32,000 nt of DNA from Candidatus Hadarchaeales archaeon (GTDB lineage Archaea; Hadarchaeota; Hadarchaeia; Hadarchaeales; Hadarchaeaceae), in the NCBI GenBank assembly GCA_038823825.1, contig JAWBCC010000001.1, positions 390,001 through 422,000 on the forward strand. The letters run 5' to 3'. The position numbers and the translations under genes were made by a program. This document shows positions 17,601 to 25,992 of this stretch, piece after piece (within the stretch, counting starts at the first letter, position 1; every line of letters begins with the position of its first letter). The notes beneath the pieces were generated by a model that did not search any database, had not been told where the DNA came from, and saw nothing but the letters and a program-made list of their open reading frames with translations.

Positions 17601-20494
17601 TCAATTGATGCGGTTCCGGATGATGAATAGGTAACATAATCATAGGAAACAATTAAACTGAACGTTTTATTCCAGACACCAACTGCTATAGTATATGTCA
17701 CAGGAAACGTGTTCTCTGGGATCAATTGCCAAGTCAACTCTGGTGTGTTGTCGTTAATGTTTTCCCCATTTTCGGGCAAAATAAGAACTGGAGCTGAGGG
17801 TGGAATAGTATCAACTATAAAGTTCCAGACATCAGATTCGTTTTCTCCCCACATGTTCACTGCTATCACTTTCCAGTAATACTGACCATCTGGGAGAGCA
17901 TTTTCGGGAGGAAGAGTGTATTTGTTATCTCCGATTATTTCCAAACTGAAAACCGGAGAGCTGAAATCAAAATTATCGTCAATAACTAGTCTATGTCTCT
18001 CCGCATAAATTCCGTTCTCCCATTCAAAATCCGGCGTAGAGTTGTTCATTGCTGCGTTGTTCTCTGGAAGGTAAAGGTTAGGTTTAGTTGGCGGTGGTCC
18101 TGGACTATACTCCCGCCATAGAGATACCAGGAAAGGATAACCGCTGTTTACTGTGGAATGAATATCCCATATGTCATAGTTTTCAATATCCTCATAAGGA
18201 TTCCCCAAGAAATCCCAGGGGATTGTCAGTCCATCGCTCCATGTGTTGTCCGTATATGTCCTCACATTCTTCATATTTTCCGTGGTTTTTCCGGTTCCAC
18301 CGGCGCTTGAAGACTGTCCTGAGGTCTCATTATCCCAGAAAGAATTCGTCACCTCGCCGTTGTTGAGTCCAACAAGTCCCCCTACGAATGTATTCCCCGC
18401 AACTGGACCAACTGAATAAGAGTTTCTTATTTTACCAGAAAGAGCGCCTGATACTTCGTTTGAGCCAGCCAGTCCACCAACATACAAGCTACCCGTAACA
18501 GATCCTGATGCATAGCAGTTTAGCACCATTCCATAGTTAACGCCAACCAGTCCCCCCACGCCCTGCACACCAGAAACGTTGGCGTTTGAAAAACTTTGCT
18601 CGCAGGACCCCAGGTTAGCTCCGATAAGTCCCCCAGCATAATAGGTCGCTTGAGTGATGTTTCCAGAAGAAAAACTTTGAAAAACATTTCCAAAATAATT
18701 TCTACCAATAAGGCCACCAACATAGCTATTTCCACTTATCTGAACTGTTGCACCTGAACCGATAATCCACGCCTGGTTATCATTCCATCCCACTAGTCCT
18801 CCAACCTCCATCGAGCCGGAAACGGTTCCGAAGAATGTGGTTTGTTTGATTGTTCCTAGATTCCTACCCACAACTCCGCCAACATTAGATCCGCTACCCG
18901 AAATTGTTCCACCAAAAATTCTACATCTTTCTACGAAACCACGATTTGTTCCTGCCAAACCGCCAGCATTACCACCTTTCGTCTGCACAGTCAAGTTTAA
19001 GAGAACCACATCGAAAATCTTGGCACTATTGTCTAGTACACTAAACAGACCGACAGAGCCCAAATCCCAATCCCAATTTTCGAAAAGGTTCTCGATTGTA
19101 TGTCCATTCCCATTAAAGCTCCCGGAAAATCCTAGCCCGAAAGACGTTATCGGACCTATCGGGAAAAACCCAAACCAACCATTCCACCCCATAGTTTGCG
19201 TTGCATCTATGTTATTTGCGAGTGCAAAATGTGAAAACCGGAAATCTCGAACTTCATCGAGTTGCTCAACGTTCTCAATCAAGAATGGATCATCTATAGT
19301 TCCACTCCCGGTACCTGAGAAAACTGGTGAGACCAAAAAAGGATATCCGCTATCAATCTTCCATCTATCTCTGAATCTTGTGTCTTCATACGGATTGCCA
19401 ACAAAATCCCAAGGCCAAAGAAGTCCATCACTCCATGTGTTGTCCGTGAAAGTTCGAACATTCATCATGTTCTCTGTGGTTTTCCCCGTGCCTCCGGAGC
19501 TTGACGATTGACCGGAATTTTCAATATCCCAGAATGAGTTTAGAACTTTCCAAAAGTTAGCACCTATGAGACCACCCACGTTTGATGTTCCGACGACCGG
19601 TCCAGCGGAGTATGTGTTGATCACATAACCTAAATTGTAGCCTACAAGACCGCCGACATATTGTGTACCGCTAACTTTTGAGAGCGAGTACGAGTCGATT
19701 ATAAAACTGGAGCTATATGCATATCCAACTAAACCTCCAACATAGTTTTTTCCATTAACATTTTCTGCCGCTGCCCAGCTTGTGGAAATCTCATTTCCGG
19801 AATATCCTGCAATCCCGCCCACAGAGTTTTCCCCAGTTACATCACCGGTAAAGGAGCTATCGATAACACTTCCAACAATTGCGCCGGCTAGTCCCCCTAC
19901 ATAGTTCCTTCCTCTAACGTTTGCAGATGAACCACATTTGAGAAGACTTCCATTGCTTCCACCCACAAGTCCACCTGCATAGTCAGTTACGGTCGAAACC
20001 TGACCATCAGAAAAACAATTTTCAAGAAGGGCGTTACCTCGAAGAATCCCCGCGATTATTCCAGCACGAGAATATGCGGCTATGCTGGCGTTTTCCATCC
20101 GCAGATTTTTTATCACGACCCAATTATCAACAACTCCGAAAAGTCCAACCCTATCCTCTGTTTGTCTGTTTATGAAAAGATTGTAGATCTTGTAACCCCT
20201 TCCGTCAAAACCACCCGAGAACGGAGATGTGAGAGATCCCACCGGTTCAAAACCACGACCGCCGTTCCAATTTATTGTATCAGATGCGTCAATGTCCGCT
20301 CCAAGAGCATAATATGCTGAGGGATTATCCTTCATCGCCTGCAACTGGTAGACATCTATAATTATGTATGGATCCTCCGGAGTCCCGCTCCCTCCAGCGA
20401 AAGCGATCGCTGGGTTGACCATCAAAAGTTTTACAATCGCTGCCAGAAGTAGCAGAAGCGTTAAGAGAACGAGTTGAATTGTGAATTTTCTCAT
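14627..20494 (-). CDS. Giant secreted/surface-anchored GLUG-repeat and Ig-like-domain protein with C-terminal TM anchor (ORF opens at 20521)
   Basis: Signal peptide MRKFTIQLVLLTLLLLLAAIVKLLM; two GLUG beta-helix domains (VGGLVGxN repeats); several Ig/FnIII-like repeats (DGVYYWRVRARDNAGN...WSGVWSFR.DT..P); Big-like invasin domains; C-terminal VWILWVALVSVIIFVLFMIFVWRRRRK. Confidence 0.9.
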   Translation of the reverse strand: MRKFTIQLVLLTLLLLLAAIVKLLMVNPAIAFAGGSGTPEDPYIIIDVYQLQAMKDNPSAYYALGADIDASDTINWNGGRGFEPVGSLTSPFSGGFDGRGYKIYNLFINRQTEDRVGLFGVVDNWVVIKNLRMENASIAAYSRAGIIAGILRGNALLENCFSDGQVSTVTDYAGGLVGGSNGSLLKCGSSANVRGRNYVGGLAGAIVGSVIDSSFTGDVTGENSVGGIAGYSGNEISTSWAAAENVNGKNYVGGLVGYAYSSSFIIDSYSLSKVSGTQYVGGLVGYNLGYVINTYSAGPVVGTSNVGGLIGANFWKVLNSFWDIENSGQSSSSGGTGKTTENMMNVRTFTDNTWSDGLLWPWDFVGNPYEDTRFRDRWKIDSGYPFLVSPVFSGTGSGTIDDPFLIENVEQLDEVRDFRFSHFALANNIDATQTMGWNGWFGFFPIGPITSFGLGFSGSFNGNGHTIENLFENWDWDLGSVGLFSVLDNSAKIFDVVLLNLTVQTKGGNAGGLAGTNRGFVERCRIFGGTISGSGSNVGGVVGRNLGTIKQTTFFGTVSGSMEVGGLVGWNDNQAWIIGSGATVQISGNSYVGGLIGRNYFGNVFQSFSSGNITQATYYAGGLIGANLGSCEQSFSNANVSGVQGVGGLVGVNYGMVLNCYASGSVTGSLYVGGLAGSNEVSGALSGKIRNSYSVGPVAGNTFVGGLVGLNNGEVTNSFWDNETSGQSSSAGGTGKTTENMKNVRTYTDNTWSDGLTIPWDFLGNPYEDIENYDIWDIHSTVNSGYPFLVSLWREYSPGPPPTKPNLYLPENNAAMNNSTPDFEWENGIYAERHRLVIDDNFDFSSPVFSLEIIGDNKYTLPPENALPDGQYYWKVIAVNMWGENESDVWNFIVDTIPPSAPVLILPENGENINDNTPELTWQLIPENTFPVTYTIAVGVWNKTFSLIVSYDYVTYSSSGTASIEVSMQLPDNLYCWFVYATDGAGNTGEWSQIRFFRVDTVPPEGPTLVFPVNGENTNDNTPTLVWNNVFENSLPIVYTIEVDNENTFSAPLVFTTTVENWSTTGTSSVTTSVLPDGVYYWRVRARDNAGNEGDWSGVWSFRIDTVAPYVVGITISDNLITESDNGGTLVITITYSENMDASVAPDIAFDPDIVSSGTLTPVSGAWISPTIYVATYDIADVDEEVLGVDIVVENARDLAGNTQVPYRALDMIDVDTYVRIPILISPVDGENINDDTPTLLWENVVDASLPVEYYAAVSDNSAFPYENASSGWITDNNWTTPNLSDGVWYWRVRARDNAGNEGGWSGVWSFRVDTIPPAAPTLVSPSDGENTNDNTPTLVWNNVFENSLPVVYTIEVDNENTFTAPLAFTTTLTVWSTTGTSSVITPVLPDGVYYWRVRARDNAGNDGGWSSTQRLTVDTTPPQIISFLINGGAAETTSSTVTITIIASDALSGVWQMRFRNEGENWSSWEDYSTTKTWQLSPGDGLKTVYGQVRDYALNESEVVWGNIQKITPTPPPPPPPTKLSTTLSIDPSAFEIFSGRSLTLTATLRDELGRPLQGMVITWLENHNLGTFNPSSGRTDENGRTTTVYTAPVVDENVYVFIMATFTETSQYYGSIGTSTGLVLSRIKTRLAIYPLEFSISSEESILLTTTLVDQDGNPLPGKPIIWSTTLGTLLENLTNTDNAGNAYVTYRAPRVLTQENTMITAYFPGDENYSPSQAVSLGYIFPQLPPSFLTISAVPRTWFGKSVELTATLMNENGVPLANRLIVWRTTHGILSKEADTTDRNGQSKVILVVPRITENVLTVTVTALFPGDIMYSRSENQLTIKVYSPIRFVFRVDNVLASNVEIYFGFEEGREINYLGRTDERGEIEVENWELFGRTVYLKAPENELVGKVVIGELPGVFDVILSRPVKIPVWILWVALVSVIIFVLFMIFVWRRRRKNASSNKAELTR
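16240..18110 (-). repeat. Tandem Ig/FnIII-like module array inside the giant protein gene
   Basis: About five modules of ~100 aa sharing P.L..P.(D/N)GEN.ND(N/D)TP.L.W and DGVYYWRVRARDNAGN(E/D)G.WS; two copies share long near-identical stretches (NDNTPTLVWNNVFENSLP.VYTIEVDNENTF.APL.FTTT). Confidence 0.85.
18100..20440 (-). repeat. Duplicated GLUG beta-helix region
   Basis: Two blocks each open with G.G(T/S)..DP..I..V.QL and close with SFWD.E.SGQSSS.GGTGKTTENM.NVRT.TDNTWSDGL..PWDF.GNPYED...SGYPFLVS; at least 13 VGG(L/I/V).G motifs. Confidence 0.85.
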
Positions 20495-20559
20495 TAATCT
20501 CACAAAAAAATAAACATGCAAAAATTAAAAATGTTTCTTCAATGAATCAAAATCTGTGA

Positions 20560-21321
20560 CTAATCCTCACACTTAACAATTATGTTTGTTCGACTTTTTC
20601 CAGATCTTATTTCATGTAACGCTTGACTTGCCAACTTTGCGGCGTTTGCGGCCCGCCTAGCCTTTCCAAGGCCTGCTTTCATCTCCACGCCGAGTTCTAG
20701 CTTGAGATCTTTCAAAATTTCTATCAACACCTTTTCATCTATGCCATTTGAAACTGCCATGAAGTTATCTCCCCCCATGTAGAAAACCATGCCTCCATGC
20801 CTTAGCATCCGCTTCATGAGAAATGTGAGTATTTCATTTATCAGAAGCTGTGTTTCGTATATTGGTTTCGTGTCTGTCAAAAGGGTCGAGTGATTGACAT
20901 CCATATGAACGATCTCGACCCAGTCCTCATCCGGTGGAACCACCGTTGTGCCCGCTAATTTGCTTTTCCGGTCTGGATTTCTAGAACTCCCGGTTGACTG
21001 AAGAGCCAGCGTTGCAGCGACTTGCGCGTCATAGGGTTTCTCGGCGCAACCGACCCCCATGCTAACCGTCACCGGAAATCTTTCAACAATTTCCATCTGA
21101 ATTCTGCGGTGGTCTTCCATCGTGAGACCGTTGGAAATAGCCAACATGTTGTCCTGTCTGGCTTGGAAGACGAGACCGCCCAGCGAAGCGAATTTCTCCT
21201 GGAGATCTGCATAAAGCCTAGACTGGAGAATCTGAAGCTCTGATTCGGGTTTGGGGCTAGGAGTAACCGTCCATGGGCCATAACAATCAACTTGTATCAC
21301 TGTTATCTGGATTTTTCGCAT
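20560..21321 (-). CDS. gch3: GTP cyclohydrolase III (archaeal, FAPy-forming)
   Basis: MRKIQITVIQVDCYGPWTVTPSPKPESELQILQSRLYADL..., FYMGGDNFMAVSNG; matches archaeal GTP cyclohydrolase III family. Confidence 0.93.
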   Translation of the reverse strand: MRKIQITVIQVDCYGPWTVTPSPKPESELQILQSRLYADLQEKFASLGGLVFQARQDNMLAISNGLTMEDHRRIQMEIVERFPVTVSMGVGCAEKPYDAQVAATLALQSTGSSRNPDRKSKLAGTTVVPPDEDWVEIVHMDVNHSTLLTDTKPIYETQLLINEILTFLMKRMLRHGGMVFYMGGDNFMAVSNGIDEKVLIEILKDLKLELGVEMKAGLGKARRAANAAKLASQALHEIRSGKSRTNIIVKCED

Positions 21322-21384
21322 GTTTCTCCCCCTAAAGATGATGTTAAGACAATATTTATGTGCCGCGCTTGGTGAATCGTTAAC

Positions 21385-21391
21385 TTTATAT
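21385..21391 (+). promoter_or_regulatory. TATA box for tpiA (leaderless configuration)
   Basis: TTTATAT centred ~26 nt upstream of ATG 21414 with no Shine-Dalgarno between. Confidence 0.6.
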
Positions 21392-21413
21392 GCGGTGTTT
21401 ACCGTGTTCTTTG

Positions 21414-22097
21414 ATGTTCAAACTTCCCGCTATCGTTGTAAACTTCAAAACATACCCGGAGGCAACCGGAAAGAACGCGGTAAAAATGGCAAAAATTATG
21501 CAGAAGGTGGCCAAAAAGTACAAGGTCACCATCGCGGTTTGCCCACAGCATGCTGACGTCTTTCGGGTCGCCAAGGAGGTCAAAATCCCAGTTTTTGCAC
21601 AGCATGTTGATCCGATGAAACCCGGAAGAAACACTGGATGGGTCATACCTGAGACTATGAAGGCAGCAGGTGCAATCGGGACGTTGATAAATCATTCTGA
21701 GCACAAGCTTCCGTTAGAAGTAGTCAGAAGCACGATCGAAGCTGCAAGAAACGCTGGATTGGTTACCATCTGTTGCACAGCGGACATCGAGGAAAGCAGA
21801 AAGGTTGCCGAGTTCTCGCCAGACATCATAGCCATAGAGCCTCCAGAGCTGATAGGCACTGGAATCCCTGTTTCAAAAGCAAAACCGGAAATTGTGGCCG
21901 GAGCCGTTGAAGAGATCAAAAAGGTTAACCCTAACGTGGAGGTTCTCTGCGGAGCTGGGATAACGACCGGTGAGGATGTTGTCAAGGCAATCGAGCTTGG
22001 AACGAAGGGCGTTTTAGTGGCGTCTGGGATCGTCTGTGCGAAAGACCCAAGGGCTGCGATAGAAGACATGGTCAGAGCAGTAAGCGGAAAATTTTAA
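21414..22097 (+). CDS. tpiA: Triosephosphate isomerase
   Basis: MFKLPAIVVNFKTYPEATGKNA..., CPQHADVFRV, HSEHK, IAIEPPELIGTG, VLCGAGITTGEDV (archaeal TIM). Confidence 0.96.
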   Translation: MFKLPAIVVNFKTYPEATGKNAVKMAKIMQKVAKKYKVTIAVCPQHADVFRVAKEVKIPVFAQHVDPMKPGRNTGWVIPETMKAAGAIGTLINHSEHKLPLEVVRSTIEAARNAGLVTICCTADIEESRKVAEFSPDIIAIEPPELIGTGIPVSKAKPEIVAGAVEEIKKVNPNVEVLCGAGITTGEDVVKAIELGTKGVLVASGIVCAKDPRAAIEDMVRAVSGKF

Positions 22098-22122
22098 CTT
22101 TCTGAACATTAAATTTTTCTTG

Positions 22123-22200
22123 GCCGCCGTAGCTGAGCCTGGTTACAGCGACCGCCTTGTAAGCGGTAGATCGTGGGTTCAAATCCCACCGGCGGCTCCA
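22123..22200 (+). tRNA. tRNA-Thr(TGT)
   Basis: GCCGCCGTAGCTGAGCCTGGTTACAGCGACCGCCTTGTAAGCGGTAGATCGTGGGTTCAAATCCCACCGGCGGCTCCA; anticodon loop CTTGTAA; encoded CCA. Confidence 0.95.
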
Positions 22201-22304
22201 AATCGGGATATAAATTTTTCGCCTAAGAGCTTTTCAAATATCTGAGACCCAAGAATCCGCATAAAAATAAAAACACCACAATTCATCCTTTAAGGAGGAA
22301 AACG

Positions 22305-22802
22305 ATGAAAATCAGATGGAAAGTTGTTGTGACTTCCCTCGTCTGTTTCCTCTCCGGAAGTCTCATTCTATTGGGCCTTTTGAGCCCATGGTACAAAGCT
22401 GGCGCCAGAACCTTTTCAGGTTTTGACCTTATCGACAATCAAGAGAGAAAGACTGGCCTTCCGGTGCTCTTCTTTACGATCACTGGCACTCTTGCAATCT
22501 TCGTCTCCGGCCTACTTGCTTGGCTGACCGATGTAGCTGACACAAAAAAACTTCTTCCAGTGGGGCTGACTCTTACAAGTGTCGGAGTGATATGCCTACT
22601 CATCCTATTGGCAAGAGGCCTTATGCTCATAGGACAAAATTTCATATACCTGCTCCCCCCGGTTTTCCCAAATGATCTTTTCCGAGGTTTCTGGATATTC
22701 GTCTCAGGAATAATCGTCGGAGTAGCATTCTGGATTTTCCTACAAACGAAGATACCAGAGAGATTCTTATTCAGCCAAGTCTCCCGAGTTTCCTCTGCTT
22801 AA
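22305..22802 (+). CDS. Small four-TM membrane protein of unknown function
   Basis: Strong SD AAGGAGG before ATG; four hydrophobic segments in 165 aa; no family recognised. Confidence 0.75.
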   Translation: MKIRWKVVVTSLVCFLSGSLILLGLLSPWYKAGARTFSGFDLIDNQERKTGLPVLFFTITGTLAIFVSGLLAWLTDVADTKKLLPVGLTLTSVGVICLLILLARGLMLIGQNFIYLLPPVFPNDLFRGFWIFVSGIIVGVAFWIFLQTKIPERFLFSQVSRVSSA

Positions 22803-22890
22803 GCCTTCGCATCTTCCTTCTCATTCTCTTACGCACCCATTTCCAGCGCATACGTCCCTTCTTCTTCCACTTCCTCGGTCGCTTCCCCAG
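22771..22890 (-). CDS. rpl41e: Ribosomal protein eL41 (L41e), probably CTG start at 22890; alternative ATG start 22851 gives a 26-aa form
   Basis: Reverse strand reads (L/M)[38 protein letters not shown], extremely Arg/Lys/Trp-rich and matching archaeal/eukaryotic eL41 pattern; GGAGGTG at 22896-22902. Not in provided ORF track. Confidence 0.85.
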   Translation of the reverse strand: MGKRPRKWKKKGRMRWKWVRKRMRRKMRRLKQRKLGRLG

Positions 22891-22910
22891 ACTCTCACCT
22901 CCGTAAAGTC

Positions 22911-23504
22911 TCAGATTACTGATCTTTTACCCCTAAAAAGAAAGAGTTCCTCAAACCATAATTTTTTTCTTTTGATTTTCAGCTCGAATCCCAACTCACG
23001 TAGGCGTTTCTCGGTTCGCTCCACGTTCGAGAGGGATGACTGCACCAGATAAACTTCACCGCCTGGCTCCAAATGTTTTGGAAGCTCGTCCAGGAACGCG
23101 TCTACCACAATTCTACCTTCTGGACCACCCTCGCATGCCTTCAAAATCGGATCATCACAACTGGATAAAGATGGTAGATATGGAGGATTAAAGATCACGA
23201 CATCAAACGTTCTCCCCCTTACTGGCTGAAAAAGATCTCCAACCAAGAATTCAATTGAGAGACCATGTTTCTCCGCGTTTATTCTGGCGCAATTTATTGC
23301 CTCCTCCGAAATGTCCGTTGCTGTGACTTTTCCACCCATCAACGCCGAAATTACAGCAATCATTCCACAACCTGTGCCGATCTCGAGCACTCTCTGTCCA
23401 GGAAGTATTTGCAGGTTTGACGCAAGCAGGTAAGTATCATCCGAAGGTTCGTAAACTGAAGGTAAAACTAGAAATTCCAGATTTCCGTAATAAACTTTTA
23501 TCAT
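22911..23504 (-). CDS. HemK/PrmC-like class I methyltransferase
   Basis: [29 protein letters not shown] (NPPY motif), 197 aa. Confidence 0.9.
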   Translation of the reverse strand: MIKVYYGNLEFLVLPSVYEPSDDTYLLASNLQILPGQRVLEIGTGCGMIAVISALMGGKVTATDISEEAINCARINAEKHGLSIEFLVGDLFQPVRGRTFDVVIFNPPYLPSLSSCDDPILKACEGGPEGRIVVDAFLDELPKHLEPGGEVYLVQSSLSNVERTEKRLRELGFELKIKRKKLWFEELFLFRGKRSVI

Positions 23505-23509
23505 GCCGA

Positions 23510-24316
23510 CTACAACCTCGGGACTTGAAGTGGTAAAATCTTGTGTCTGTTTCTCCTGATTCTATCCAGAATTCTGTTAACCGTGTCTAGATCCACGCCG
23601 ACAGCAGAAGAGATCTCTTCCGCGGAAAATCCGAGTTCTTCCCCGACAAGAATTCTGTCCAGTTTGTCGTAAGGAAGACCAATCTCCTCCTCATCCGTTT
23701 GTCCCTTCCAGAGACCAGCTGTCGGCGTTTTCTTCAAAATGCTCTCCGGTACTCCCAGATGTCTACCCATCTCTCTTACTTGCGTTTTGTAGAGACATCC
23801 AATAGGCGTAATGTCGGAAGCTCCGTCCCCAAATTTTGTGAAATATCCGATTCTCAACTCCGTCTTGTTGCTTGCGCCAACCACGAGACAATTGAGAAGG
23901 TTGGCATAGTAGTAAAGAATTGTCATCCTGATTCTTGGCTTCAGATTTGCCTCCGCAAGAACGTTTTTCTCATCAAAGCCAATTATCGCCATCTTGAAAG
24001 CCTTCAGAATCTCGGAAATTTCAACCTCTCGGACTTCAATCTTCAAAATATCCGCGACCTTTTGAACATCCTTCCAATCGGCGGATTGAGTGATTCCTTT
24101 TTCAGGAATGAAAACTCCCAAAACCTTCTGATTACCCACAGCTTCGACCGAGAGGAACGCGCAAACAGACGAATCCAAGCCCCCACTCAGACCTATGACT
24201 AGTCCATCCGCCTTCGAACTCTCGAATTTTCGCTTTATGAACTCGACGATTTTTTCTCTAGCCTTTTTCACATCTATTTTCAGAGCATTTTCGATTTTCC
24301 TCTCAACCGAAGACAT
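23510..24316 (-). CDS. nadE: NAD+ synthetase
   Basis: VIGLSGGLDSSVCAFLSVEAVG; VVGASNKTELRIGYFTKFGDGASDITPIGCLYKTQVREMG. Confidence 0.96.
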   Translation of the reverse strand: MSSVERKIENALKIDVKKAREKIVEFIKRKFESSKADGLVIGLSGGLDSSVCAFLSVEAVGNQKVLGVFIPEKGITQSADWKDVQKVADILKIEVREVEISEILKAFKMAIIGFDEKNVLAEANLKPRIRMTILYYYANLLNCLVVGASNKTELRIGYFTKFGDGASDITPIGCLYKTQVREMGRHLGVPESILKKTPTAGLWKGQTDEEEIGLPYDKLDRILVGEELGFSAEEISSAVGVDLDTVNRILDRIRRNRHKILPLQVPRL

Positions 24317-25135
24317 TCAGAACCTCCTAGGATATGACCCAAGAATTTTCAGCATCGCTGTCTTTTTTCTCAAGCCTTCTAGCGCTTCCTTGACGATTTC
24401 ATCATCTTCGTGGCCTTCGAAATCTACGAAAAAGAGATAATCTCCGAGGACTTTCTTAGACGGCCTCGACTCTATCTTCGTGAGGTTTATCTGCCTGTGT
24501 GCGAACTCGCCGAGAATCTCGTAGAGAATGCCCGGCCTATCCCTCTCCGTGTAGAAAACTATAGAAGTCTTGTCTCTACCGGTCCGCTGAACTTTTTCTC
24601 TCCCTAGACAGAAGAATCTGGTAAGATTCTCCTCATCCCCGGAAACATTTTCTACCAAAACCTCCAACCCGTATATCTCGGCGAGTTCCTTCGGCCCAAG
24701 AGCTGCGACCTCAAGGGAACCAGCACTGCTCACCTGTTCAGCTGCCCTCGCCGTGCTACTTACCTCAATGAGCTCTACCCTGGGTAACTTCGTTCGCAGG
24801 AACTCTCTACACTGTGATAGGGCTTGAGGATGCGAAAGAACTTGTTTTATATTGTCGAGTCTGGCTCCTTTGACGGACAAAAGAGAATGAACAACTGGGA
24901 GGACTATCTCCGCGGTCACACGAACGTCACACCAGGCGAGAGCGTCGAGAGTCTCGCCCACCGATCCCTCCCGCATGCTTTCAACAGGAACAACACCTGC
25001 ATCAACGTTTCCCGCCTCCACGGCCTTCACTACCTCCAAGATCGAAGAATAGTAAACAAAGTCTTCCTTTCCGAAATGTCTGCGTGCGGCCAGCTCCGTA
25101 TACGTTCCCCTCGGTCCAAGCACGGCAATTTTCAT
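24317..25135 (-). CDS. pheA: Prephenate dehydratase with C-terminal ACT domain
   Basis: MKIAVLGPRGTYTELAARRHFG; VVPVESMREGSVGETLD; SVKGARLDNIKQVLSHPQALSQC; ACT domain RPGILYEILGEFAHRQINLTKIESRPSKK. Confidence 0.95.
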   Translation of the reverse strand: MKIAVLGPRGTYTELAARRHFGKEDFVYYSSILEVVKAVEAGNVDAGVVPVESMREGSVGETLDALAWCDVRVTAEIVLPVVHSLLSVKGARLDNIKQVLSHPQALSQCREFLRTKLPRVELIEVSSTARAAEQVSSAGSLEVAALGPKELAEIYGLEVLVENVSGDEENLTRFFCLGREKVQRTGRDKTSIVFYTERDRPGILYEILGEFAHRQINLTKIESRPSKKVLGDYLFFVDFEGHEDDEIVKEALEGLRKKTAMLKILGSYPRRF

Positions 25136-25992
25136 CTTTCCTCTCTCCTTTCAAACAACTCGTATAACAGTTTGTATGCTTTTTCCATTTCTTTCCTGCT
25201 GAATAACTTCTTGAGCTCCATAAACTCCTTCTCCACGACACCAGCATCTCCAGCTGAAAGAGCCACGTCAAGAGATCTGCAGACTTCGAGCATTCTTTCT
25301 CTCACGATGCTCGCATATTTGTTGTGAACCTGTATCTCACCATACAGTTTTGGACTGCGCGTTAGAAAAGCCTTGCTCGCCAGAAGAAGATGAGCGAACA
25401 TCGGTGTCTTTACATCCTCCACAAGAAAATCTTTCATAGAGTTCAAAGTGAGAACAAAAGAAAGTACTGAAAAATGGGGGAGGCACTGAACGACGGCCAT
25501 AAGTTTGTCATGCTCGTCCGCTTTCATCTCCACAACGTTCGCGCCCATTTCCGAAATCCTTTCCTTAAACTTTTTGTACATCCGGTCGACCTTTACCGGC
25601 ACAAAAATGATGTCCTTTCCGCGGAGGTCCGACGCCCCCGGCCCAAAAAGTGGATGAATTGAAGCCATTTCCGCTTCCGTTTTTAGCTCCTTCATTGTGT
25701 CAACTATCTCCTCTTTGACTGAGCAGATATCCACCAGCAAACTTCTAGAACCCAAAACCCTGGCGATTTTTTCAATGGTTTCTGGGGCAGCAGATATTGG
25801 AACAGCAACAATCACCAGCTCAGACTTACGAGCGATGTCCTCTGCTTCTCCAAACTCGACCCCGAGCTCCTCCGCCACCATTTTCATTCTTTTAGCCTTT
25901 ATGTCGTGAACCAACACCTCATCACCAGCATCTTTGAAGAGTTTTGCAAACCATTTGCCCATTCCGCCTACTCCGATCACCGCAACCTTCAT
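25132..25992 (-). CDS. tyrA: Prephenate dehydrogenase (TyrA); start at MKVAVIG rather than ORF-track 26061
   Basis: MKVAVIGVGGMGKWFAKLF, LLVDICSVKEEIV, SIHPLFGPG; ATGA overlap with aroE stop. Confidence 0.9.
   Translation of the reverse strand: MKVAVIGVGGMGKWFAKLFKDAGDEVLVHDIKAKRMKMVAEELGVEFGEAEDIARKSELVIVAVPISAAPETIEKIARVLGSRSLLVDICSVKEEIVDTMKELKTEAEMASIHPLFGPGASDLRGKDIIFVPVKVDRMYKKFKERISEMGANVVEMKADEHDKLMAVVQCLPHFSVLSFVLTLNSMKDFLVEDVKTPMFAHLLLASKAFLTRSPKLYGEIQVHNKYASIVRERMLEVCRSLDVALSAGDAGVVEKEFMELKKLFSRKEMEKAYKLLYELFERREER

Noticed and set aside
14646-19511. Numerous plus-strand ORFs opposite the giant GLUG gene (up to 224 aa)
   Set aside because: Shadow ORFs antisense to repetitive coding DNA; low-complexity translations rich in S, P and T, no recognisable domains.
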